Origin: Polyangiales bacterium
Lineage (GTDB): Bacteria; Myxococcota_A; Polyangia; Polyangiales; Polyangiaceae
Reading direction: 5' to 3'
Length of the DNA stretch: 64,000 bases
Assembly (NCBI GenBank): GCA_038231275.1
Contig: JBBRLQ010000002.1
Location: forward strand, 256,001 to 320,000
Shown here: positions 18,495-27,498 of the stretch, one piece after another
Position numbering within the stretch: position 1 is the first letter of the stretch
Layout of the letters: each line of letters begins with the position of its first letter
The notes under the pieces: generated by a model
Seen by the model: only the letters and a program-made list of their open reading frames with translations
What the model was told of the DNA's origin: nothing
Database searches by the model: none
Position numbers and translations under genes: made by a program

Positions 18495-18671
18495 ATGGCG
18501 ACGTGCAAGGTGTGTGATGACGAGGTCGACGCGCTCGTCTCGGTGAAGATCGACGGCAAGGCCAAGAAGATGTGCGAGGACTGCGCTGACCGCGCGCGCG
18601 AGCAGGCGGAGGTCGCCGAGGCGAGCGAGGCGGTCGTGCAGAACATGATGGGGTTCAAGGGGCGCCGCTGA
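18495..18671 (+). CDS. 58-aa CxxC...CxxC zinc-ribbon-like microprotein (missed by the ORF track)
   Basis: GGGAGG SD, then MATCKVCDDEVDALVSVKIDGKAKKMCEDCADRAREQAEVAEASEAVVQNMMGFKGRR*. Confidence 0.8.
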   Translation: MATCKVCDDEVDALVSVKIDGKAKKMCEDCADRAREQAEVAEASEAVVQNMMGFKGRR

Positions 18672-18673
18672 CC

Positions 18674-18913
18674 GTGGCGTCTGCGCGCGCGCGAGAGGTC
18701 TCGTTCGCGGCGACGGCGGTTGCGCTCGGGGCGCTCGTCGCTTCGTGCCGCGACGCGACGGAGATCCGGCTGCAGAATCGCGCTCCGGACGGTGTGCCTC
18801 GGCCACGCGTGCACGGCCGATCGGCCTGCGTAGACGGCGAGTGCGTCGGCGCGGCCATCGATCTCGGCGCGTGCCCTTGCGGCTTCTGCACCGAGCCAGA
18901 CGCGGGCCACTGA
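18674..18913 (+). pseudogene. Possible truncated or frameshifted Cys-rich lipoprotein remnant
   Basis: Signal peptide with lipobox LVASC; a Cys pattern (VCLGHACTAD) in the +1 frame continues as SACVDGECV in the main frame. Confidence 0.35.
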
Positions 18914-19010
18914 GAAGGCGGCCCGCCGTCACGCGACGCGATTTGCCGGCTGCGGCGTCCCTACGTGCACCGGCGTGTGCCCGAAGTGACGCCGCAAGTG
19001 CGCCACGCCG

Positions 19011-19883
19011 TCACGGCTTGACGAACTTGAGCGCGAACCGGTCGCTGGTCCCGCGCTTCTCCTTCGCGGCGAACGGCGCCGCGTTCCAGTCGCGCGTGTC
19101 GGCGGCGTTGCGCCATACGGGAGAGTCGGCGGCGAGCTTGAAGCCGGCCTTCTCGATCTCCTCTTTGACGACCTTCTCCTCGATGCGGTGAATCGTCTGC
19201 ACCTCGGTGGAGCCGGTGCCGGGGCGGCCGCTGTGGTCGACCACGCAGTACACGCCGCCGGGCTTCAGTGCCGCGAGGATTGCCTTGTTCATCTTGTCGC
19301 GGTCGACCTTCATCCAGAAGGTGTCGTGGTAGAAGAGGTTGTCGACCACGACGTCGAGGCCCTTCGCGTCCGGCGGGATGGGATCGTCGAACTCGCGATC
19401 GACGCGGACGAGGACGCCCTTGTTGATCGGCTTCGCGACGCGCGCAGCCCACGGCTTCTCGGCGAACTTCTCCAAGATCCACTTGCTGTTCTGGCCGTAC
19501 ACCTTGCCGGTCGGCCCGACGGCGCGCACGAGGAGCTCCGACGTGTAGCCGCCGCCCGCCGCGATCTCGGCGACCTTTCCGCCCTGCGGCACGCCGCAGA
19601 ACTCGAGGAGCTTGCCGGGGTGACGCCCGGCGTCCATCGCTTTGTCGTCGGCGTCGCGATCGGCGGCCTCGACCGCCGCCTTGATGTGGGCGGGGAGCGC
19701 GGGGGCTTCGGGCTTCGCGGTGTCCGTCTTCGGCGCGTCGACCTTCGCGGAGTCGGTCTTCGGCGGCTCGGGCATCGACGGGGTAGTCGGGGTGGTCGGC
19801 GTCGCCGGCGTGGCAGGCTCGGTCGGTGCGCCGCCACATGCGGCGACGAGCACGAAGGGAAAGAGGATGTGCTTGGACGTCAT
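19011..19883 (-). CDS. Lipoprotein class I SAM-dependent methyltransferase (COG4798-like)
   Basis: MTSKHILFPFVLVAAC lipobox; DAGRHPGKLLEF; VAEIAAGGGY; YHD; ALKPGGVYCVVDH; HRIEE; RGTSDRFALKFVKP. Confidence 0.88.
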   Translation of the reverse strand: MTSKHILFPFVLVAACGGAPTEPATPATPTTPTTPSMPEPPKTDSAKVDAPKTDTAKPEAPALPAHIKAAVEAADRDADDKAMDAGRHPGKLLEFCGVPQGGKVAEIAAGGGYTSELLVRAVGPTGKVYGQNSKWILEKFAEKPWAARVAKPINKGVLVRVDREFDDPIPPDAKGLDVVVDNLFYHDTFWMKVDRDKMNKAILAALKPGGVYCVVDHSGRPGTGSTEVQTIHRIEEKVVKEEIEKAGFKLAADSPVWRNAADTRDWNAAPFAAKEKRGTSDRFALKFVKP

Positions 19884-19906
19884 TGGGAGCTCCGTTTGCC
19901 GGGAAA

Positions 19907-21316
19907 TCAGCGGTTGAGGATGTGAACGGCTTGCCCGAGGCCGTTGAGCGCGGCCTCCATCAGGCCCTCGCCGAGCGTCGGGTGGGGGTGAATCGACATG
20001 CCCATGTCCTCGAGGAACGCGTGCATCTCGAGCGCGAGCACGCCCTCGCTGATGAGATCCGTCGCCGAGGGGCCGACGATGTGCACGCCGAGGATCTCGT
20101 GCGTCTTCTTGTCGCTGACGATCTTGATGAAGCCGTCCGTCTCGTTCACCGCCATCGCGCGACCGAGCGCGGCGAACGGGAATTTGCCGACCTTCACGTC
20201 GATGCCCTTCTCCTTCGCCTGCGCTTCGGTGAGGCCGGCGACCGCGACCTCGGGATCGGTGAAGATGGCGCCGGGGATGGCGACCCAGTCCTTCGCGGCC
20301 TTGTGGCCGGCAATGATCTCGGCGACCACCTCCCCTTCTTTGCTCGCCTTGTGCGCGAGCATCGGGACGCCGGACACGTCGCCGATCGCGAAGACCGACG
20401 GGACGTTCGTGCGCCCGACGTGATCGGTCGGCACGAAGCCGCGCTCGACCTTCACGCCGATCTCTTCGAGGCCGAGGCCCGCGCCGTTGGGGCGCATGCC
20501 GACGGCCACCAGGACCACGTCGGTGACGATCGTGTCGAACTTGCCGTCGCCGAGGTCGACGCGGACGGCGATCGATCCGTCGGCGCTCTTCTCGTAGCCC
20601 ATCGCCTTGGCGTTCTTCACGATCTTGGCGCCGTGCTTGACCATCTTCTTCTCGACGACGGCCGTGCACTCCGGATCGACGCCGGGGAGCAGGCCCGCGG
20701 TCGCCTCGACGACGGTGATCTCGGTCCCGAACTTCTGGTAGACGCAGCCGAGCTCGAGGCCGATCACGCCGCCGCCGATGACGAGCATGCGTTTGGGGAT
20801 GTGGCGGAGACTCACCGCCTCTTTTGCGCCGATGATCTGCTTGCCGTCGAACTTGAAGGACGGCAGCTCGATCGTGGACGAGCCCGTCGCGATCACGATC
20901 GCCTTCGTGTCGACGATCTCGGTCGTGCCTTCGCGCGTCTTGATCGAGACCTGCGTGGGCGAGACGACGCGGGCGTCGCCCATGATGAGCTCGGCGCCGT
21001 TGCCCTTGAGGAGGCCGCGCACGCCGCCGGTGAGCTTCTTGACGATGCCCCCCTTCCAGTCCTGCATCTTGTCGACGTCGAGGCGGAGGCCGTCCACGAT
21101 GATTCCGATTCCGGCGCCGTCCTTCGCCTTCTCGTAGGTGTGGCTGGTGGCGATGAGCGCCTTCGACGGGACGCAGCCCCAGTTGAGGCACACGCCGCCG
21201 ATCTCGTCCTTCTCCACCACGAGGACCTTCTGTTTGAGCTGCCCCAAACGGATCCCGCACACGTAGCCGCCGGGGCCGCCGCCAATCACCACCGCGTCGT
21301 AGCTCTTCGTCGCCAT
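19907..21316 (-). CDS. lpdA: Dihydrolipoyl dehydrogenase (E3)
   Basis: GGGPGGY; GGVCLNWGCVPSK redox disulfide; GGGVIGLE; HPHPTLGE. Confidence 0.97.
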   Translation of the reverse strand: MATKSYDAVVIGGGPGGYVCGIRLGQLKQKVLVVEKDEIGGVCLNWGCVPSKALIATSHTYEKAKDGAGIGIIVDGLRLDVDKMQDWKGGIVKKLTGGVRGLLKGNGAELIMGDARVVSPTQVSIKTREGTTEIVDTKAIVIATGSSTIELPSFKFDGKQIIGAKEAVSLRHIPKRMLVIGGGVIGLELGCVYQKFGTEITVVEATAGLLPGVDPECTAVVEKKMVKHGAKIVKNAKAMGYEKSADGSIAVRVDLGDGKFDTIVTDVVLVAVGMRPNGAGLGLEEIGVKVERGFVPTDHVGRTNVPSVFAIGDVSGVPMLAHKASKEGEVVAEIIAGHKAAKDWVAIPGAIFTDPEVAVAGLTEAQAKEKGIDVKVGKFPFAALGRAMAVNETDGFIKIVSDKKTHEILGVHIVGPSATDLISEGVLALEMHAFLEDMGMSIHPHPTLGEGLMEAALNGLGQAVHILNR

Positions 21317-21367
21317 GTCCTTCTTCTGCCTCGTGCGCCGTGTTCAGTTTGCGCGTTCAGTGCGCGT

Positions 21368-22489
21368 TCAGTGCTTAGGGGCGCGAGGGCCGCTTTCCAG
21401 CGCCGTCCTCGCCTCACGCAGGTTCCACGGGAGCTCCGCGTACACGTCGTCGAACATGCTGGCGAGCGACGGGGGCGCGAGCTCCTCTACTTGTTTGATG
21501 ACGGCGATGATCTCTGCGGAGGCCTCCGCTTCTAGTTTTGCGTCCTTCGCGTCGTCCATGAGGCCGCGGCCGTCGAGGTAGCGGCGCATGCGGTCGATGG
21601 GGTCCTTCTTCGCCCACGCCTCGACCTCGGAGTCGGAGCGGTAGAGCTTGGGATCGTCGCTCGTCGTGTGCGCGCCCATGCGGTAGGTGACCGCCTCGAC
21701 GAAGGTGGGGCCGCCGCCGCTGCGCGCGCGGGCGAAGGCATCGCGGAGAACCTTGTAGACTGCAAGCACATCGTTGCCGTCGACGCGGACGCCCGGCACG
21801 CCGTACGCGCGCCCCTTGATGGCGATCGTGCGCGACGCGGTCTGCTTCGCGGTCGGTACGCTGATCGACCAGTGGTTGTTCTGGCAGACGATGACGACGG
21901 GGGCCTTGAAGACGCCGGCGAAATTCATCGCCGCGTGAAAATCGGGCTGGCTCGTCGCGCCGTCGCCGCAGTAGCCGACGGCGATCTCGGCGGGCGTCTT
22001 CTTGGCGGTGCGCATGGCCATCGCGGCGCCGACCGCTTGCGGGATCTGCGGGCCGATGACCGGCGACCAGCTCACTTGGTGAACGGCCTTGCCGGCCTGG
22101 TGGCTGGGCGGTTGGCGGCCTTTGAGGTTGTCGGCGGCGTTGCCGAAGACCTGACCGATGTAGTCGCGGAGCGGGTAGCCACGGACGAGCATGACGCTCT
22201 GCTCGCGCAGCGCGGGGAAGACCCAGTCCTGCTTCGCGAGCGCGAGGCCCGACGCGATCGGCACCGCCTCTTGCCCCGTCGCCGCGCCGTAGAAGCCGAC
22301 GCGCCCCTGACGCTGGAGCAAGATCATGCGCGCGTCGAGCGCGCGGAGGCGGCGCATCTCGAAGTATGCGCGAAGGGCGAGCTCGTCGCTCACGCCGTGA
22401 TCGATCGCCGGATCCGCGGTGCCGTCCTCGCGAAGGACGCGGAACAGCATGACATCGGGATCGGTCTCGGAGATGGCCGCGGGGTCCAT
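21368..22489 (-). CDS. pdhA: 2-oxoacid dehydrogenase E1 alpha subunit (PdhA/BkdA1)
   Basis: LQRQGRVGFY; GQEA; TPP motif GDGATS...NN; VDGNDV; TYRMGAHTTSDDP. Start re-picked at MDPAAIS. Confidence 0.92.
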   Translation of the reverse strand: MDPAAISETDPDVMLFRVLREDGTADPAIDHGVSDELALRAYFEMRRLRALDARMILLQRQGRVGFYGAATGQEAVPIASGLALAKQDWVFPALREQSVMLVRGYPLRDYIGQVFGNAADNLKGRQPPSHQAGKAVHQVSWSPVIGPQIPQAVGAAMAMRTAKKTPAEIAVGYCGDGATSQPDFHAAMNFAGVFKAPVVIVCQNNHWSISVPTAKQTASRTIAIKGRAYGVPGVRVDGNDVLAVYKVLRDAFARARSGGGPTFVEAVTYRMGAHTTSDDPKLYRSDSEVEAWAKKDPIDRMRRYLDGRGLMDDAKDAKLEAEASAEIIAVIKQVEELAPPSLASMFDDVYAELPWNLREARTALESGPRAPKH

Positions 22490-22514
22490 GAGCGGCGCGG
22501 ACTCTAGCCCATTT

Positions 22515-23453
22515 CTACGGCGTGCAGAACAGCAGCCAGAGCGGCATTCCCGTGATCTGTCCTTGGCATTTTTCGGCGGCGGGGCAGCCTCCGTAGCCCG
22601 GCCCACCGTCGCGCGCGGCGCCGGCGTCGAAGGGGGGATTCGCGTTGGGCTCCAGGCAGAGCCACTTGCACGACGAGCCGCCGTCCGCAGCGCCCAAGCA
22701 GGCGAGCCCGTCGGCACAGCCGTTCGACGTGTCGCACGGCATCCCTTCCGCGTAGCCGGTCGGCAACGTGCCGCCGTCCACGGGCGCGTAGATGCCGATG
22801 CAGCTCGACGTGCCGTACTGGTCTTGCGTGACGCAAGTGAAGTTCACCGGGCACGCTTGCAGATGGAAGGGGCGGCACGGCGGGTTGTAGTCGCAGACCT
22901 TGAAGCGCTCGGTCCCCTTGCCGTCGACGATCGACAGGTCGCAGCGGCCGGCGAAGCCCTCCGGATAGCTTCGGCCGCACACGTCGTCGGCGCAGCATGC
23001 CGGCGTGCAGCGACCCTCGGGCCCTGCATCGGTCTTGCAGTCGTTGCGTGGTCCGATGCAGTGAAGACCTGGGCCGCACGGATCGTCGGTCGCCGACGCG
23101 CAGCAGGCGTGTCCTTTGGGGAGACGTCGCGTGGAGGCGATGGCGATGCACGAGGTGCCGCCGTCGGCGCTCGCGCACTCTTGTCCGTTGGGGCAGTTCT
23201 GGAGGACGAGATCGCACGCGGTGTTGGTCGGTGAGCATCCGCCTTCGACCGGAAGAGCGCCGTCGACTGGGCCGCCGCCGTCCGCCGACGATTCGATCGC
23301 GACGTCGATCGGAGCGTCGGTGGACGTCGTCGCGTCCACCCCCCCCTCCGCTTCGAAACCACGAGCAGATCCGCTACTGCACGCCCAGGAGGACGCCGCT
23401 CCGAACGCGGCGACCACGAACGCGAGAAGAACCCTGGCTCGGCCCTGCCTCAT
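22515..23453 (-). CDS. Cys-rich lipoprotein
   Basis: MRQGRARVLLAFVVAAFGAASSWAC lipobox; CDLVLQNCP..QEC and many further Cys; repeated DGG/DAG. Confidence 0.8.
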   Translation of the reverse strand: MRQGRARVLLAFVVAAFGAASSWACSSGSARGFEAEGGVDATTSTDAPIDVAIESSADGGGPVDGALPVEGGCSPTNTACDLVLQNCPNGQECASADGGTSCIAIASTRRLPKGHACCASATDDPCGPGLHCIGPRNDCKTDAGPEGRCTPACCADDVCGRSYPEGFAGRCDLSIVDGKGTERFKVCDYNPPCRPFHLQACPVNFTCVTQDQYGTSSCIGIYAPVDGGTLPTGYAEGMPCDTSNGCADGLACLGAADGGSSCKWLCLEPNANPPFDAGAARDGGPGYGGCPAAEKCQGQITGMPLWLLFCTP

Positions 23454-23526
23454 TTTGCGCGACAGGTTTGTACCATTTCTCAACGGCCGAGCCGCAGTTC
23501 GGCCATAACGAAAGGTGAGGGCACAC

Positions 23527-24693
23527 ATGCGCGCAGGAAAACTAGGTTCGATCGTGCTCGTCGCGGGCGTCGCGATCGCATGCGGCTCCACCGGCGGCGC
23601 GACGTTCGGCGACGGGACCGACGGCGGGAGCAGCGGCAGCAGCGGCACCAGCGGCAGCAGTGGCGAGTTCGGCGGCGACAGCGGCAGCAGCGGCACCAGC
23701 GGCGACGGCGGGTTCCACGGCGGGCCATGCAAGGTGGACACCGAGTGCGGCGCCGGCGGCGTGTGCGATCCGTCGACGCACACGTGCGCGTGTGGCGGCG
23801 TCTCGGTCGCCGCCACCGAGGTCCCGCCGAACATGCTCCTCGTCGAAGACCGCTCGTGCTCGATGACCGACAAGGTCGGCGCCACGACGAAGTGGGCGAT
23901 CGCCGTGAAGGCGATTCAAAATCTCACGACGACGTTTGCCGGCAAGATCCGCTTCGGCTTGACCCTCTTCCCCGATCGCACCGGCAACCAGTGCACGCAG
24001 GACGCGGTCCCGATCCCGGTCGCGGCCGGCACCGAGACCAAGATTCAAACGCTCCTCACCGCCGCGCTCACCAAGGGCGATCCCGGATTTCCCGACGGTC
24101 CGTGCGTCACGAACATCGACACGGCGATGCAACAGGCGCTCGCCGAGCCTTCGTTCAACGACAAGACGCGCGCGAGCTTCGCCGTGCTCATCACGGACGG
24201 AATGCAGGCGGGGTGCGGGACCGTCCCGGCTGGCAACGCCGCCACGCTCGCGGCGATCACGTCGCTGTCGCAGAAGGGCGTCGGCACGTTCGTGATCGGC
24301 TTCGGATCGGCGGTCGACACCGCGGCGCTCGACTCGTTCGCGGTCGCCGGCGGCCACGCGTCGGCCGGCGCGCACAAATATTACCAAGCGGACGACCAAG
24401 CCACGCTCGACGCGATCCTCGGCAGCCTCGCCGCGAGCGCGCTCGGCTGCGATCTGCAGCTCGCCTCACCCCCGCCGGGCGGCGACGCGAGCCTCATCTT
24501 CGTCTACTTCAACAAGACGCCGCCGCCGGTGCCGCGCGACACGACGCACAAGAACGGCTGGGACTACGATCCCGCAGGCAACGTGCTCCACTTCTACGGC
24601 GCGGCGTGCGACCAGCTCAAGACCGGCAAGGTGCAGGACGCGCACGCCGTCTTCGGGTGCCCGGGCGGCGCTGTGCCCCCGCCGCCCAAGTAA
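23527..24693 (+). CDS. VWA-domain lipoprotein (CglB-like architecture)
   Basis: Lipobox AIAC; G/S linker; Cys module; MIDAS DRSCSM and ITDG; C-terminal GWDY...FYGAACD...GC module. Confidence 0.85.
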   Translation: MRAGKLGSIVLVAGVAIACGSTGGATFGDGTDGGSSGSSGTSGSSGEFGGDSGSSGTSGDGGFHGGPCKVDTECGAGGVCDPSTHTCACGGVSVAATEVPPNMLLVEDRSCSMTDKVGATTKWAIAVKAIQNLTTTFAGKIRFGLTLFPDRTGNQCTQDAVPIPVAAGTETKIQTLLTAALTKGDPGFPDGPCVTNIDTAMQQALAEPSFNDKTRASFAVLITDGMQAGCGTVPAGNAATLAAITSLSQKGVGTFVIGFGSAVDTAALDSFAVAGGHASAGAHKYYQADDQATLDAILGSLAASALGCDLQLASPPPGGDASLIFVYFNKTPPPVPRDTTHKNGWDYDPAGNVLHFYGAACDQLKTGKVQDAHAVFGCPGGAVPPPPK

Positions 24694-24709
24694 CGTCGAC
24701 GCGACCGGT

Positions 24710-25501
24710 CTACCCGCCGGCGCCGGCGTCGACGGGGGGAGGATGGGGGTTCGGCATGCAGAACATGCCGGCGATCGTGGTGTACGACTCGGCGAACGTT
24801 TGCCCGGCGAAGCATGCGGCGACGTCGGGCCCGGCGTCGCTGAGCCCCTTGGTGCAGTTGGCGTCGGCGACGAGGCCGCTACACTGGCCGATATCGACCT
24901 TGGTGCGGCAGTCGTCGAGGAGCGTGAGCGTTACGTCGCTCGTAACGGGACAATTGGCGCTGCACGCGGCGAGCTCGCACATGTCGATTGCTTGCATCGC
25001 GCCGGCGCAGCGCACACCGGTGGGATCGCCCATCGCGTTTGCGACGCAGCCTGGGAGGTTCAGCTCCACCCAGCCTTTGTGGACGATGACCGCTCCGTAG
25101 ACGTCGGCCGCTTCGTCGGTGGCGATGCACTTCGCGCAGTCGGTGCTCACGGCCTTCGCGCACGCCGACGCGTCGGAGCCGAGGCAGTAGGAGCGGAACT
25201 TGTCGAGGTCGGCCGCCGTGCAGACGGCCTGGTAGAACTTGGCCGACTTGCGCCACGAAGGTTTGTAGGTGGACACGTCGGCGGGCAAGCAGCTGCTCGC
25301 GACGCCGCCGTCCCATGGCGCGGTCGCGTCGTTAGCGCCGCTGCTGGTGCCGGAGCTCGAGCCGCCGTGACCCCCATCCGGGTTGCCGCCGCTCGTGCCG
25401 AGCGACGACGCCGCGGACGAACAGCCCTCGCCCGCCACGGCAGTTCCGAGAACGCCGAGCGCAATCGAGACGGTGAGGATCCTTGGAAATGGAAAGCTCA
25501 A
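24710..25501 (-). CDS. Cys-rich lipoprotein (paralog of 25937-26734)
   Basis: TTG start at 25501 with GAGGAG 7 nt upstream; signal ending GEGC; Cys pattern shared with the paralog. Confidence 0.78.
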   Translation of the reverse strand: MSFPFPRILTVSIALGVLGTAVAGEGCSSAASSLGTSGGNPDGGHGGSSSGTSSGANDATAPWDGGVASSCLPADVSTYKPSWRKSAKFYQAVCTAADLDKFRSYCLGSDASACAKAVSTDCAKCIATDEAADVYGAVIVHKGWVELNLPGCVANAMGDPTGVRCAGAMQAIDMCELAACSANCPVTSDVTLTLLDDCRTKVDIGQCSGLVADANCTKGLSDAGPDVAACFAGQTFAESYTTIAGMFCMPNPHPPPVDAGAGG

Positions 25502-25645
25502 GAAGGTGCTCCTCGCGGACGAGGAAAAACCGGTGGCGCTCAGGCTCCACCGACGAGTTAAGCGTAGCACGGCGCGCCGGAGAGGCGCCGTCACCCCAAA
25601 ATACGAGCAAATCCAGTAACTACGACGCTCGCGCCGCGAGGCTGC

Positions 25646-25840
25646 TCAGTGATCGCCGGCCGCCGGATCGTCGAAGCTCGGGCTGGCGTCGAACTGCACG
25701 CGGACGTGCGTCGTCTTGTGAGTCGGCGCATTCATCGTTGGCGTGCTCGAAGAAGGCGGGGCGCCTTTGTCGTCGGCGCAACCGCCGCAGCCGGTCCCGA
25801 AAAGACCGAGGGTCGCGGCGAGGAGGAGGATGGTGCGCAT
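25646..25840 (-). CDS. Small (64 aa) lipoprotein
   Basis: MRTILLLAATLGLFGTGC lipobox; co-oriented between the two paralogs. Confidence 0.65.
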   Translation of the reverse strand: MRTILLLAATLGLFGTGCGGCADDKGAPPSSSTPTMNAPTHKTTHVRVQFDASPSFDDPAAGDH

Positions 25841-25936
25841 GATCTCGGGTCTCGTAGCCCAAAACGACGAGCGGGGCCAAGCCCTGTCGGACCTGCCCCG
25901 CTCCCCGTTAGAGCTCGTCGTTCGACCTCGCGTCGA

Positions 25937-26734
25937 TCAGCCGTCCGCCGGGGCGTCGCTGCTGCCGTCCGACGCGTCGGTGGTGCCACCGTCGCTGGTG
26001 TCGAGGCAGAAGACCGGGACGACGGCCGAGTAGGCCGCGTCGAAGCCGCCGCCCGCGCCGTCGAGGCACGCCGATGCCGCAGTGCCGCCATCGGCGAGCG
26101 CGTCGAGGCACCCCGCTGCGGTCACTTCGTCAGTGCAGGCGCCCGTATCGGCGGCGCCGTCGCACGCGTTGATCATGTCGGTCGTCGTGTTCGGATCCTT
26201 CGCGCACGCGTCGCACGCCTTCTGGCGGCACTGCGTCAGGTACAGCGTCGCGCTCGCGCAGCCGGCGCCGTCGGCGACCGTGCCCTGGGAGATGGCGATG
26301 CAGCCGGCGATGTTCGGGCTGACGAACCCGCCCGTGGCGAGCAGCGCGCCCTTCGCGGTGCCGGTCGTCGGGAGGATGCACTCTTGGCAGATCTTGCCGG
26401 CCGCGCTGTTCGTGAACGACTTGCACGCCGCGCCGCCGTCCGCCTGCGTGCCGAAGCACACCTTGCGGAAGAGATCGATGTTGGCCTGGCTGCAGGCGTT
26501 CTGGTGCGCGTGGGGAGGCTCCCACTTCTTCGTGTACGTGACCGTCGCGGGCGGCGTGCAGAGATCGCCGGCGTCGCCGCCGCTGTCGATGACTCCGCCG
26601 CTGTCCCTCTTGCCGGCCTCCAGAATGCCGCCTTCGTCAGGCGTGGTGGTCGACGTGCTGCTTGAGCACCCGAACACGATGGCGCTCACGAAACCCGCGC
26701 AACCCGCGACCGTCAACCACTTCTTCAACGCCAT
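25937..26734 (-). CDS. Cys-rich lipoprotein (paralog of 24710-25501)
   Basis: GGAGG SD; MALKKWL...IVFGC lipobox; Cys-rich helical-looking domain; D/G tails. Confidence 0.82.
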   Translation of the reverse strand: MALKKWLTVAGCAGFVSAIVFGCSSSTSTTTPDEGGILEAGKRDSGGVIDSGGDAGDLCTPPATVTYTKKWEPPHAHQNACSQANIDLFRKVCFGTQADGGAACKSFTNSAAGKICQECILPTTGTAKGALLATGGFVSPNIAGCIAISQGTVADGAGCASATLYLTQCRQKACDACAKDPNTTTDMINACDGAADTGACTDEVTAAGCLDALADGGTAASACLDGAGGGFDAAYSAVVPVFCLDTSDGGTTDASDGSSDAPADG

Positions 26735-26829
26735 GACCCGCCTCCTACTGCCCTGCGCGGCTCACGCCGCAAGCCAATGATGGTTCTAGAAACGCCTCGA
26801 CCCCGAGTACGAACAACCCTAGCAATTTT

Positions 26830-26845
26830 AGCAAGACCGGAGCCA
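26830..26845 (-). promoter_or_regulatory. Putative sigma-54 (-24/-12) promoter
   Basis: Minus strand TGGCTCCGGTCTTGCT fits TGGC-N7-TTGC with GG-N10-GC spacing, about 95 bp upstream of the 26734 start. Confidence 0.6.
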
Positions 26846-26993
26846 TGCGCGAATCGCTTGATTCCCTTGATGAATTTGGCCTCCCGTTCGGGGACTGACG
26901 GCTTTCGTCGTTAGCACCCTGCCGGAGTCTGGGGGATCCACTTTGCCCCAGTGCCGGAAATCTCGGGCACGCTACCCGCGGGCATCCGCACCG

Positions 26994-27497
26994 TCAATCG
27001 GGTTTTTGGCGCTCGCGAGGCCGCGTGAGCGCGATCACGTGGAGGGCGATCAGGGCGATGGCGAGGACGAGCTCCGCTTTGCCTGCGCGCTCGGCGACCT
27101 GATGAATCGCGTTCAGCTCTTCGCCGGCGGCGCCGAGCCCACGAATCGCGCCGCCGCGGTGGAGCGCTTCGATGCGCGGCGAGACGAGCGCGGCAACGTA
27201 GAGCGCCGCGCCGGCCGCCAGCGTCGCCAGCGCGCCGCGCGCGAGGTCGAGCCGATCGAGCTTGCGATCGCGCAGCGCAGCGAGCCCCGCCTCGACCGCG
27301 AGGACGACGAGCACGCACGCGACGGCGAGCTTGTCGAAGCGGCGGAAAACGACGGTCATCGAGTCGGCGCTCCACGGCGCGGGGACCGTGCCGAAGACGA
27401 CGGGAGCCGCGATCGCGCCGAGGGCGACCATCCCGCCCATCCAGAGGCCCAGGGCGACGAGCGCGACGGTGACGAGGACCTTTCGTGTCGTTTGCAT
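26994..27497 (-). CDS. DUF4149/TMEM205-like four-helix membrane protein
   Basis: GLWMGG...APVVF...VFRRF...VSPRI...LNAIHQ pattern with four hydrophobic helices. Confidence 0.8.
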   Translation of the reverse strand: MQTTRKVLVTVALVALGLWMGGMVALGAIAAPVVFGTVPAPWSADSMTVVFRRFDKLAVACVLVVLAVEAGLAALRDRKLDRLDLARGALATLAAGAALYVAALVSPRIEALHRGGAIRGLGAAGEELNAIHQVAERAGKAELVLAIALIALHVIALTRPRERQKPD

Positions 27498-27498
27498 T

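Noticed and set aside
19011-21260. 749-aa ORF suggesting a long N-terminal extension of the methyltransferase
   Set aside because: The extension is an Arg-rich off-frame reading of lpdA; the plausible start is ATG 19883 with a signal peptide.
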